Assembly: GCF_052425735.1 (NCBI RefSeq)
Contig: NC_135761.1
Span: 20,274,001 to 20,338,000 of the forward strand
Reading direction: 5' to 3'
Length of the DNA: 64,000 nt
From: Oculina patagonica
Lineage: Eukaryota
Shown: positions 49,101 through 58,132 of the stretch, piece after piece
Layout: the number at the start of each line of letters is the position of its first letter
Numbering within the stretch: position 1 is the first letter of the stretch
Position numbers and translations under genes: made by a program
The notes under the pieces: generated by a model
Databases searched by the model: none
Told to the model about the DNA's origin: nothing
The model's input: only the letters and a program-made list of their open reading frames with translations

Positions 49101-52100
49101 GAACGTCGTTAGCGCTAAACCCCTTCCGCTGACCCATTTGATTGGCGCTACTCTTCAGTCCAACGATGGTAGATCGGCCATTTCTGCTGAAGGCTTTTGG
49201 TCCATAATGCATTATGCTTCCATAGTCGTAAGATTCGCCAAGATGTTGGATCTGTCCTTGACCGAATTTGTCGAAGTTGCTTTCTTTGCCTAGTGGAACA
49301 AAAAAAACCACAATGTCTAAGTGCTGTTTCGGTTAGGCTAATAAATTCTTCATCATTTGCTCTTTCATATTTAAACAGTATCAAAAAACAAATTCGTTTT
49401 CATACGTTTGTTTTTCAAAACCTCAGCCAAAACAGAGTGGCAAGTCCACGCAAGCCGCGCAAACGTTGAAACATGAACTTGCGTAGAGACTTGCGTTGTA
49501 TGGCCAGTGGGAATTTGGTCGCAAGCAGTCGGAATTCCCAAAAAAGTCATTTCAAACTTCAGAGCCAGATGCGTCCTGCCCTTGGAAAAACGTGTGTGTG
49601 ATGTGAAATTAATCACAGTTGGATTAAATTTCGTTTCTGATTGGTTGAAAGACAATATGTCTGTTCTGATTGGTTAAGGCACTTTTTAACATTGGAGAAC
49701 TAAGCCAACGCAAACCTATACAAGGCAAGCGCAATATTACATTCAACATTCGGTCATGCAGTATGGGGAAGTTGGGCAAATTTGGAAATGAAGCTGACGA
49801 TTTCGAGCGATAGCTCATCGTCGTAGCGATTATGTGAGAGGATTGTAGGGGTAGCGTTAGTATAGTAAACTAAGGAGTTATGCTATTGGCTAATGAAGGA
49901 ATATGGCAAGCCTCCTCTTACCCAGTTCAATGTTTTCGTACAGGACCTTGACGTAACTATCTCTGTCCGTTCGTGACTGCTCGTGGAAGAAGCCAATAGC
50001 GTGCGCTAGCTCGTGGATGACAATCCCCTTGTACCAGCAGTATCTGTGAAGGTTTACCTTCTGCTCTCCGCGTGCTGTGCGACCCACAGATGATGAGCAC
50101 CTGTCAATCACCATAAACCGTAAGTTAATTAACTTATCATGTCTTATCATGGATATAAGGGAGGGATGGGAGGGGAGGGGTTTTGGAAGGGAGTGAGGTT
50201 GCGTGATCGGTTAATGGGAGGAGTCTCAACAAGAGCAATGTAATTACGAAAGACATGAGGTGTTAAAAAATTGACTGTACATATTTGATGCAGTGAAGTG
50301 ACATCTTTTACATCACAAACGTGTCAGTTTACGGGTCTAAACTCCAAGGCGATCGAAATAGCAAGCATGTCTAATACTCACTGCGTGTTCAAGTCGTTAA
50401 AGCAAATTTAAGTGCCTCGTACGAGTCGTACAATAAGGTTTACCATTTGCACAATTGGTTCAAGTGGTAAATGTGATACTTTTCAGTCAAATAAAATGTC
50501 ATTTTACGTAAACAGTGGCCAATGTTGACACATTCAACTGGTACAACTCACGCGACTCGTGCAACTGGTGAAACTGCACCTCATTATATGCACTTGGAAT
50601 TATAATGGCGGAATTGTACAGCTAAATCTATTCCAGACACTATTAAAATATATATTGAGCATCAGTTCCACATCCGATCTAAAACACTCAGTTTGCAATG
50701 CTTTTGAATGATAAAAAGTACACTATATTGGCCCACCATTGCACGCCCCTGTACTGTATTGCCGACCAACTGTGGCTTACCCATCACCGTTTGTGAACTT
50801 GATATAGTTTTTCTGAGTGGTCCTGGCGACAAATTTCACGCAGGTCAGCTTATGATAATCCGCAATAGCGTCATTGATCGCTTGAACGCCAGCTTTTTCT
50901 GTGGATGTCGAAAAGCAAAAACAAACAAAACATAAATCAAACATTTTGTTGTATATGAAAGTGGTATAGTTTCTCTCCTGGTAAGTGTAGAATTAGTGTG
51001 TTCCTTATATTATATTTAACATTTTCGCGTTGCGAAACACTATTTTTAACCGGGGTTGACAACAAATGAATTGAATGCGGCTTCAATACTGAATCCTGAG
51101 ACACACGAAATGTACACCAATGTCTGAGAATAAGATACTCAAACGCAGTCTAAGTAGGGATGTGACATCCCCTACCCTATGCGCCGTTTCAGATTAACTG
51201 TTCCAGGCCTACTCACCAATGTTTCTATCTATGACATAAGGCACGGTGTTGCTTGGCCACAGACCGTGCGGGTGTGTGATGGCATTGCGGGAGTTTGGGT
51301 CTTGTGTTATAAACCTCAGAGTCTCGACGTCGGAGATGATATCTCCCAGGAGTATACCGGCACCAGTGTTGCCTAAAACTAAAAGTTAGAAATGTTTTTT
51401 TTTGTGATGAACAAGATTAAATGTTTAAATTCCTGAGGAAGAAAAACAACAAAGATGTTTTAATGAAGCAAATAGGAACAAGGACGTTTAGATACGAGAA
51501 GATTGGTGCAGAATGTTAACTTTAAGTTAGAGATATCCGCAAATCCCTTCTTTACGAATTTCCTGAGCCCGCGAGCCTTTACGATGGCGGCATAGTAACG
51601 TGTGTATCCTCATAGCAACAGGCTGACGAAAACAGGTTTTTTAGTTATGTTTTTATGTCATTTCTGATTTACCAATGAGCAATGAAAATTGCTCATTCAT
51701 ACCTCCATATGCTTCACATTCATTTATACCATCGCTAGGACACCAATTCATATTATTTGGCTCATTCTGCGGCGTTAGAGTGATTTTTACTTGAGTATTG
51801 AAAGTAATTCGCATTTGCTTTAATTTTAAAAACCCCGCCATTTTTACGACCAATCATATGTAGAACCAAAAACGATCATGACTCGCTCACACGCGTTTTC
51901 CCGCGCTTCACGCGGGCTACATGTATTTGCTTCGAGTTTTGATTATATCACTGGATTGTGCTGGAGAAATTTCTTTGGTTTTGGTTTTAAAACACTTTAA
52001 AATCGAAAGCCGCTATAAAGAGGAGTTGCGAATTATAAACTTATCTGTATGTTACGTAAGGAAAGTTGGCGTACTATACCTGTGCATTCTCAAGTTGTGT

Positions 52101-52817
52101 TCTAAAGTTCACTGACATGATATTAAGTTGGAGATATTTTGTTCCTGCTTTGTTGATGTTTTTGTTTAATTTTGCTTTTGATTCAGTGAATTATAAGAGT
52201 CAATGACAGGAAACAAGGTTGTCAAATTAAATTGAAAATAACCCCGTTTATTGAGCCCCGCGAGCCCCAAATAAGCGCCCCGTCTGCAAGGTCTGGTTCA
52301 GTTTGAAATATCGTTCCAGGAGTTTAATCGAGAAAGTACGGTATGCGTAAATAGACAGGAACTAGTTGTCAAAGATGAAATTGTCGTTTAAAAATTTACA
52401 TTATTTAGGGATCATTTGTCTCCTAGCCTCCTACACAGACGCTTTTTGGGCTCGTCGCGTAGGAGGTTAATCGTCACTCAGTCTCTTTACAGAAGAGCGA
52501 GAATGCTCTTTTTCAATCAAAACGGGTTTTCTCTAAGCGGGGGAAAAACAACGAAGGCTTTCTTGTGCTAATGGCGTCTGGAGTTTTAATCAACGTATAT
52601 TTATTCAGCCGCAGCTCGGTTTTATCGATGTTAATAACTTTGTTCATTAAATAACACTAGATCCTAAGATATGTCAGGAAAAAACTCAGGGCAGCTATAT
52701 GAAAAAAGTAATGTCAGTAATAGCTACTGACTCACCGCATTTAAATGAAGTCACCCGCTTGTAACAGATGATACTGAGATAACAAATGACTGAGATAAAA
52801 TTTGAACACTTAGTCAT
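25161..52817 (-). CDS. Secreted multidomain dual protease: signal/pro-peptide, astacin (M12A), MAM x3, C-type lectin, trypsin-like S1A serine protease; about 1244 aa, 22 exons
   Basis: Phase-consistent exons summing to 3735 nt: 52817-52736, 52111-52080, 51766-51703, 51372-51217, 50898-50781, 50100-49922, 49289-49068, 47153-47118, 46624-46493, 45713-45466, 44693-44522, 44071-43937, 42889-42642, 41951-41807, 41386-41252, 38158-37911, 30046-29887, 29305-28907, 28148-27868, 27126-26922, 26304-26107, 25300-25161. Motifs: [32 protein letters not shown], three CxFD...FDW...GYYIYAEAS...DIALDEI MAM units, lectin WIGL...EPNN...EDC, IVGG, TAAHC, DIAVIKL, GDSGGPL. The first three exons are the least certain. 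Confidence 0.85.
26698..26779. mobile_element. Short hairpin MITE
   Basis: TIR CGACCTTGTCCCCAGGG / CCCTGGGGACGAAGTTG; similar 9-bp flanks AGGTTGCTG and AGGCTGCTA. Confidence 0.6.
28907..29305 (-). CDS. C-type lectin domain exon (part of the dual-protease gene)
   Basis: [23 protein letters not shown] (EPN motif), EDCVEM, WLD..C, FICE. Confidence 0.92.
29411..29630. mobile_element. PIF/Harbinger (Tourist-like) MITE
   Basis: About 38-bp perfect TIR AGCCTGGTTTTCACTAGCGACGCAAGCACAAGCGCAAG; TTA on both flanks. Confidence 0.85.
29887..46624 (-). CDS. Three MAM domains with Pro/Thr-rich linkers (part of the dual-protease gene)
   Basis: Each domain is encoded by three exons of 132/135, 248 and 145-172 nt with the same phases. 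Confidence 0.92.
31670..32099. mobile_element. G/C-tailed MITE nested in the large transposon (same family as 40328-40704)
   Basis: Internal inverted ATACGGGGAGGCTCCGCCC / GGGCGGAGCCTCCCCGTAT; flanks TACAAGAAT and TACAAGAGC. Confidence 0.75.
32950..33506. mobile_element. hAT-like MITE nested in the large transposon
   Basis: TIR CAGGGCTCGAA / TTCGAGCCCTG; subterminal AGTCGCC/GGCGACT; no clean TSD. Confidence 0.6.
34812..35868 (+). pseudogene. Degraded spliced gene inside the transposon, with a BEN-domain-like segment
   Basis: Exon-like blocks with AG/GT ends at 34812-35075 and 35675-35868; the second reads [13 protein letters not shown] then, after a frameshift, [32 protein letters not shown] similarity is by eye only. 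Confidence 0.4.
38906..39972. mobile_element. About 1.07-kb non-autonomous DNA transposon (Kolobok-like)
   Basis: TIR GGTGGCTCGTACC(G/A)GTTTT at both ends; TSD not intact. Confidence 0.6.
40328..40704. mobile_element. G/C-tailed MITE with a 9-bp TSD-like flank (Mutator-like)
   Basis: Highly similar to 31670-32099; flanks TTTCACTCC and TTTCACTTC. Confidence 0.75.
42918..43289. mobile_element. Kolobok-like MITE
   Basis: TIR AGGGGCTATGTCACG / CGTGACATAGCCCCT followed by TTAA. Confidence 0.7.
45874..45927. mobile_element. 54-bp minimal MITE with a 9-bp TSD
   Basis: 17-bp perfect TIR TAGCCTGCGAAAACAGC; TSD CCTATTAGC at 45865-45873 and 45928-45936. Confidence 0.85.
47274..47558. mobile_element. 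MITE family member (partial copies near 4830-4917, 28310-28370 and 51775-52015)
   Basis: TIR TAGAGC(A/G)GTTTTCA(A/C)TTGAGTGTCG; internal CCAATCA and AAGCGCGGGAAAACG motifs shared with the other copies. Confidence 0.8.
47830..48122. mobile_element. P-element-like MITE nested in a SINE
   Basis: TIR CATAGTTAATA(T/G)AGGGAAATGGTTAGGAA; 7-bp TSD ATCTAAT (47823-47829, 48123-48129). Confidence 0.8.
49068..51372 (-). CDS. Astacin zinc-metalloprotease domain exons (part of the dual-protease gene)
   Basis: HEXXHXXGXXHEXXRXDR zinc motif ([19 protein letters not shown]), Met-turn SIMHY, aspartate-switch GDI in the prodomain, mature N-terminus RNA...LWP..VPYVI. Confidence 0.95.
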
Positions 52818-53517
52818 TACTCCGGCTCATCTCTTGTTCCGTTTTTTATGGACGATATACTTCTTTAAGCATATAATTCCTCCCACAATGTTAAACATGC
52901 TCACAAATTGATATCAACAGAAAGTCACCACTTCCACTTATTTATGCCAGACTAAAAAAGAAATGGTCTTTCTGCGACTGGTCACAGGGTAAATGAGTAA
53001 ATTAATGCCAGAAATAAAGTTTAATTTAATTTGTTTTGGCACACGAAAACCCACTGATCTAAATCTTGCCAGCGTATTTTTTTTTGTCAGATTGGACATA
53101 AATGCTAGGCAAAATAATATATGTCCGTTTGGAGCGGCGGACATTTTCTTCTTCCTTTTTTACTCGATACTTTGAATAAGCGCAGCCCGTAAGATGTGGA
53201 AATATTTGGGAAATTTCTTATTTACCAAGCGGGAAATGTAATGACTTGTTACATTACGTACCAGACGAAGGAGAGACAAGGGAACTTTGCCGCACATGCG
53301 CTGATGCACCTGGCGTCAGGTGCTTGTCGGAACAAATAATTAAATATGCAGTTTCAACAAACCGCCATCAATAATGCATTCGACAGGTATTATGGTTTAC
53401 TCAGTGGGTGAGACGTCCATTCAAACAATCGGCCGACCAAAAACGTGAAATTGAAATTAGCATTACTACAACGGGAAGATACATCAAACTGACAACGACT
53501 TCGCCGAGAAAAAGCGA

Positions 53518-54243
53518 ATGGACGTCCCTTTACACGAAGATTTCCTCAAAAAAGAAGAAGAGAAGGAAAAATGGGTTGAATACTGGGTAATTTTGAGGAA
53601 TTGTGTTTTGTATTTTTACGATGAGAAGACGGATTTGTGGCACGAGTACTGCGACAAAATCGACATCACTGCGAACTCGCGATGTGCTGTTGTGAAGCGG
53701 AAGACATACAGCCATCGATTTAAACTGGTCACCGAAGAGGGAACGTGTCTTTTGAAATGCCACACAAACCTTCAAAGACATCGCTGGATGCATGCGATCG
53801 AACTGGCGGTGAGGGAAATTTCCTCTAAAGCCACAGACCTCGCACCGGTGGCAACAACACCGCGTGGTTGTTACTACGAGCGAGATTTGTTTGGAAGAAG
53901 TATGCGAAGGGAAATGAGGCAACAAGAAGCAGCGCGCCAAAATAACAACAACACGCTTGAAGAACTAAGTTTGAATTTGGATTTGGAAAAAGAAGGCAAG
54001 CGTGAAAGACAGACTTCACGAAAGAGCTCCAAGTTACAGAAAAGCGCTCAAAGGGATAAAGACTCATCCATCGCATTCGAATCACTACAATGCGATTTTG
54101 ATCCAAATCTTGGGAGCCCGGTGGAAAATCTCGCTTTCTCCGACGATGAAGTCAGCGTAGATGGAAATATAAAGATGCGAAGCATTCGTTCGGCACCTGT
54201 AGCGAAATTTATTCGTGTTGGAAGTGCTAGTAAGCCAATATAA
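53518..54243 (+). CDS. PH-domain protein, paralog A (241 aa, intronless CDS)
   Basis: N-terminal PH fold pattern HEDFLKK...W..YWVILR..VLYFY...F.LVT...LLKC.....RWM.AIE, followed by a charged low-complexity tail; clear paralog at 57413. Confidence 0.85.
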   Translation: MDVPLHEDFLKKEEEKEKWVEYWVILRNCVLYFYDEKTDLWHEYCDKIDITANSRCAVVKRKTYSHRFKLVTEEGTCLLKCHTNLQRHRWMHAIELAVREISSKATDLAPVATTPRGCYYERDLFGRSMRREMRQQEAARQNNNNTLEELSLNLDLEKEGKRERQTSRKSSKLQKSAQRDKDSSIAFESLQCDFDPNLGSPVENLAFSDDEVSVDGNIKMRSIRSAPVAKFIRVGSASKPI

Positions 54244-55649
54244 TTCGCAGGCGAGTAAATTTGTGGTGAGTTATTGGCGCGAAAAATGCGGATAAAATTT
54301 ATCTGGAAGTAGTTGGAACTTTACTGTGAAGTAATTTACTGTAATATTGGTCGCCTAGCTCGGCCATTCTTGCCTAATTTAAACATAAACCATACATCTT
54401 TTGGTGACAAGATGAAGAAAGCTGTCTAGCTGCTAGAATTTATTCTAATGTTGAATATGAAAACAAGTTTTACAAATAAATACTTGGCAAAGTAGATGCT
54501 TTTAAATCAAGCTGTCCGTTTTGGACTCATAAAGTTGTAGGCATTAATTTTTTCGACGTCGTGTCTCGCACTTATTCATTAAAAATACTGTATAAGGCAA
54601 GGGAGAAAACTTTTGGCACTCATGTTCAAAAAATTTGAATTACCTAGTTTTATTCTTTCCCGCTGACAAATTTCTGGAGCGAGCAAAGAAATTACCTTAT
54701 TTCCAAATTGTTTGCGCATTTTAAATTGTTTTGCGCAGTTTCTTGGACGATGAAAATAACAAGAAAATTAGATTTTGATGGCGAATGACATCATTTAAGG
54801 AAGTTTTCAATTTTCAAAGTCGTTTTCTGGAAAACAAAATCGTGAAAAAAGATTTGAAAGCGTTTTTTTATTAAATTCATGAATTTGCTTTGCATGCCGC
54901 AGACGGCGTTCGACATATCATGTCATTACTTTATTAACAGGAAAGGATTACTGTCTGTTCCAACAGAACGCAATTAGTTTAAATCGGTAATATAAAAGCG
55001 CCCTAGAGGTGAAAATAGGAGATATGAGTTGAGCTTGCGACAGGAAATTAAGAACCTTTTAAAATTTAAACTTTTTTACTGTCAAATGTAGTTTCTGCAA
55101 GCAGGAAATTTGGCCAAAGTAAATACAACCGAAGTAATGTTGCTCGTTCGAGCAAACAGCTTAATTTATACTATAAAATAAAATAAATATGATAAAAATG
55201 TAAGATAACAAATTTGAATCTTAGTCACAAAAGATATTATTTAAATAAAACAAGGTTTTATTAAGATTTTAAAATAACTGAAATATGTCGGGGACATGTA
55301 ATTTTTTAAATAAAAAATAAAAACAAGTAATGAATAATCGAAGAATATTTTATGAAGTTTTTTAATCCGATTGATTTCCATGTATTAATTTAAGGAAATA
55401 AAAATTATCTTTTGCGTTTTATTGTTTTTTTGTATGTAGTTGTGAATATGACAGCCGCCCCACACCATAAAGCAAAAAGCCCTATATTATTGTTTTTCTT
55501 ATGCGACAAATGTAAGCAAACCAAATAAGGTGCCATCAAACTTGTGTGCGGTGACTTATGACGCGATTTTTGTCGCCCACATTTTTCTCACATGAATGCG
55601 ATCATTTTGACTGCCTCAAGTGAAAAGAAGAAGTAAAGCCTTTTGAGCC

Positions 55650-55892
55650 CAATTGGCTCATAGCTCACGGCGCTTGAAAAATTCTGTAGCGTGAATCAGC
55701 TAGGAGTATTGTTACTCCCGCTGAATGGGATGCTAGTCCATCAAAGGGTACTCCCCAGCATTCTATCAGGTTTACCCAATAATTCGCCAGTACCCCTTGG
55801 TTAATAGAGAGATATTGTGAGGGTAAAGTGTTTTGTCCAAGAACACAACACAATGACTCCGGCCAGGGCTTGAACCCCGCTGCGTCTCCCAC
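55650..55892 (-). mobile_element. tRNA-derived SINE copy
   Basis: Same family as 61165-61463 (GGGATGCTAGTCCATC, CAAGAACACAAC, CCAGGGCTTGAACCC). Confidence 0.7.
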
Positions 55893-57412
55893 ATGCTAGC
55901 CTTAGTTGTTTACGTTGTTGTTGTCGAAAAAGATCCCTATTGCCCAGAAACGTCCAGTGTCATCTGCAATCAGTGCAAATGTGCTAATTTAAAAAGTAGT
56001 TTGCGGTATCACAATCAGCACATTAAAGCTGATAAGAAAATCCACTGACTGCGATAGAGTGACATTGGGTACGATAGCCGGGTTTAGGGTTTTTATAAAT
56101 TAACTCGTATCGTGGTATTTTTTATTATTTAAAACGGCGATTTGCGAAGATTTTAGTCACGATGACGTCACTTAAGGAATATAAACAAACGAGATAAAAG
56201 GAAAACCGACGGAATCAGATATTAAATGAGAGCAAAAAGATAGGACGTCCTTTTACGTTGATCGGAACGAAAGAGTACATAACAGACAACTGACGGAAGA
56301 ATAATTTTTAAGATACAACACAGAGTGTTTTTTAATAGCCGTAGTGCAAACAGAATATCATATCATCCCGGAGTCATTCAGGCAATTTTAGACCGAAAAA
56401 CATTCCGTATTTTAGCGCGTTGGGAAACGGAAACGCGTCTTTCAAAAAGGATCTAGGACGAGAAGAGTGGGACTGGGGAGAAAACTTAATAAAAAGAAAT
56501 CGTAGTGGACTGGAAATCACTTCGAAGCATTGCTTCAGACCATGTGGAGAGAGCTGATGACATATTATACCACGTTAGATTGCTTGCGGTTAGCTCTTAT
56601 AATGGAGTTGGGATTTCTATCCAAAAAAATCACGGTCCTGGCAGCTGGTCGTCGGTGGCATAGTGGGGATGAATCCCGCTTGGTAAACCGACGACCCGGG
56701 TTCTATTCTTCTTGGTGTCAACTTTTTTTTTAACTTAAAAAAAGGTTAAGTGTGATGTTTACTTCATGTATGAAAAAACAAGAAATCTCACATGGTCAGA
56801 AGCAATGCTTGGTAATGCTTTCCTAGTTGACTTCACTGGGTAGGTACGTTATATATTGGGGACATAATAGTTCCCCATACATAACGTTCCTACCCTTCAC
56901 TGCAGGTTTTGTGCAGTGTACGTCATATCAAAAGTCATTGTTCATTAAAGTCATAGTTTATTTATCCACGAAGAGCTCAGCAGCCATAGCTCGTTAAAAC
57001 GCTCTCGTGAAAGGTTTGAATGTATTTGTATTAAGGCTGTAAACTTGGTATTATTATTTATTTCCCTGAACCTCTCGACACTTTTAAGTCAACTACCAAT
57101 GATCCGTTCTTCAATACCCTGTTCACTTTTACTTCAACAGGTCGAATTTTTGTACAGGGAGCTATTTTACCATATATAAAATCGATGTACAAAATGGCCT
57201 TTAGACTGAATTCAAGTGTAATTTTGTCCACATAGGCAAGACACAAGAATTAGCCATTATTGTATCAACGTCTAAGAAAAATAAGGCAACCCCGTAATTT
57301 ATTCTTTATATACTTATTACTTTTTCTTTTCCCTCGAGAATTCGAGTGATCGGGGTCTTGTTTTTCAACACGAAGATACTTGACAAAGACCTTGTCGCCC
57401 TATACGAAGCAA

Positions 57413-58132
57413 ATGGACGAGCCTGCATACGAAGACTTTCTCAAGAAAGAGGAAACGAAGGACAAATGGGTTGAATACTGGGTCGTTCTGAGGAATTGTG
57501 TTTTATATTTTTACAATGAACAGGCGGACGTGCGGGAACAGTATTGCGACAAAATAGAAATCACGGCGAACGCGCGATGTTCTATTGTGAAGCGAAGAAT
57601 GTACAGCTATCGTTTTGAGTTAGTCACCAAAAAAGGATCATGGCTTCTTAAATGCCCCACGATCCTCCAAAGAGATCGCTGGATGAATGCTATCGAGGTG
57701 GCAGTTCAAAAAATTTCCTTCGGGGCAGCAGAACTTGCACCTGTGGCAACAGTTCAGACTGAGCAAGATTTATCCGGGGGGAGTGTGCGAAGGAAAAAAC
57801 AGCAGCAACTTGAAACTTCACAAGAGAATAACAACAATACCCTGGAAGAACTGAGTTTGAAGTTGAATTCGGAAGAGGGAGGCAGACGTGATAGACAGAA
57901 TTCTAAAAAGAGCTTCAAGTTGATGAAAAACGATCAGAAGGAAATACACACGTCCGATCAAGATCTTGGCAACCTTGTAGAGAACCTCGCCTTTTATGAG
58001 GAAGAAGTCGACGACAAGAAGAGACGGTTGAAATTCAAACTGAGTGGAGATGGAAATGCTTGGAGAAGAAGCATTCGTTCAGAACCAGGAGCAGCCAAGT
58101 TAATCCGTGTTGGTAGTACTTGTGATGACTAG
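57413..58132 (+). CDS. PH-domain protein, paralog B (239 aa from the ATG, intronless CDS)
   Basis: MDEPAYEDFLKKEETKDKWVEYWVVLRNCVLYFY...RWMNAIE aligns with paralog A. The ORF track's TTG start at 57380 is replaced by the aligned ATG at 57413. Confidence 0.85.
   Translation: MDEPAYEDFLKKEETKDKWVEYWVVLRNCVLYFYNEQADVREQYCDKIEITANARCSIVKRRMYSYRFELVTKKGSWLLKCPTILQRDRWMNAIEVAVQKISFGAAELAPVATVQTEQDLSGGSVRRKKQQQLETSQENNNNTLEELSLKLNSEEGGRRDRQNSKKSFKLMKNDQKEIHTSDQDLGNLVENLAFYEEEVDDKKRRLKFKLSGDGNAWRRSIRSEPGAAKLIRVGSTCDD

Noticed and set aside
53530-54106. Minus-strand ORFs over PH paralog A
   Set aside because: Antisense shadows of the real CDS.
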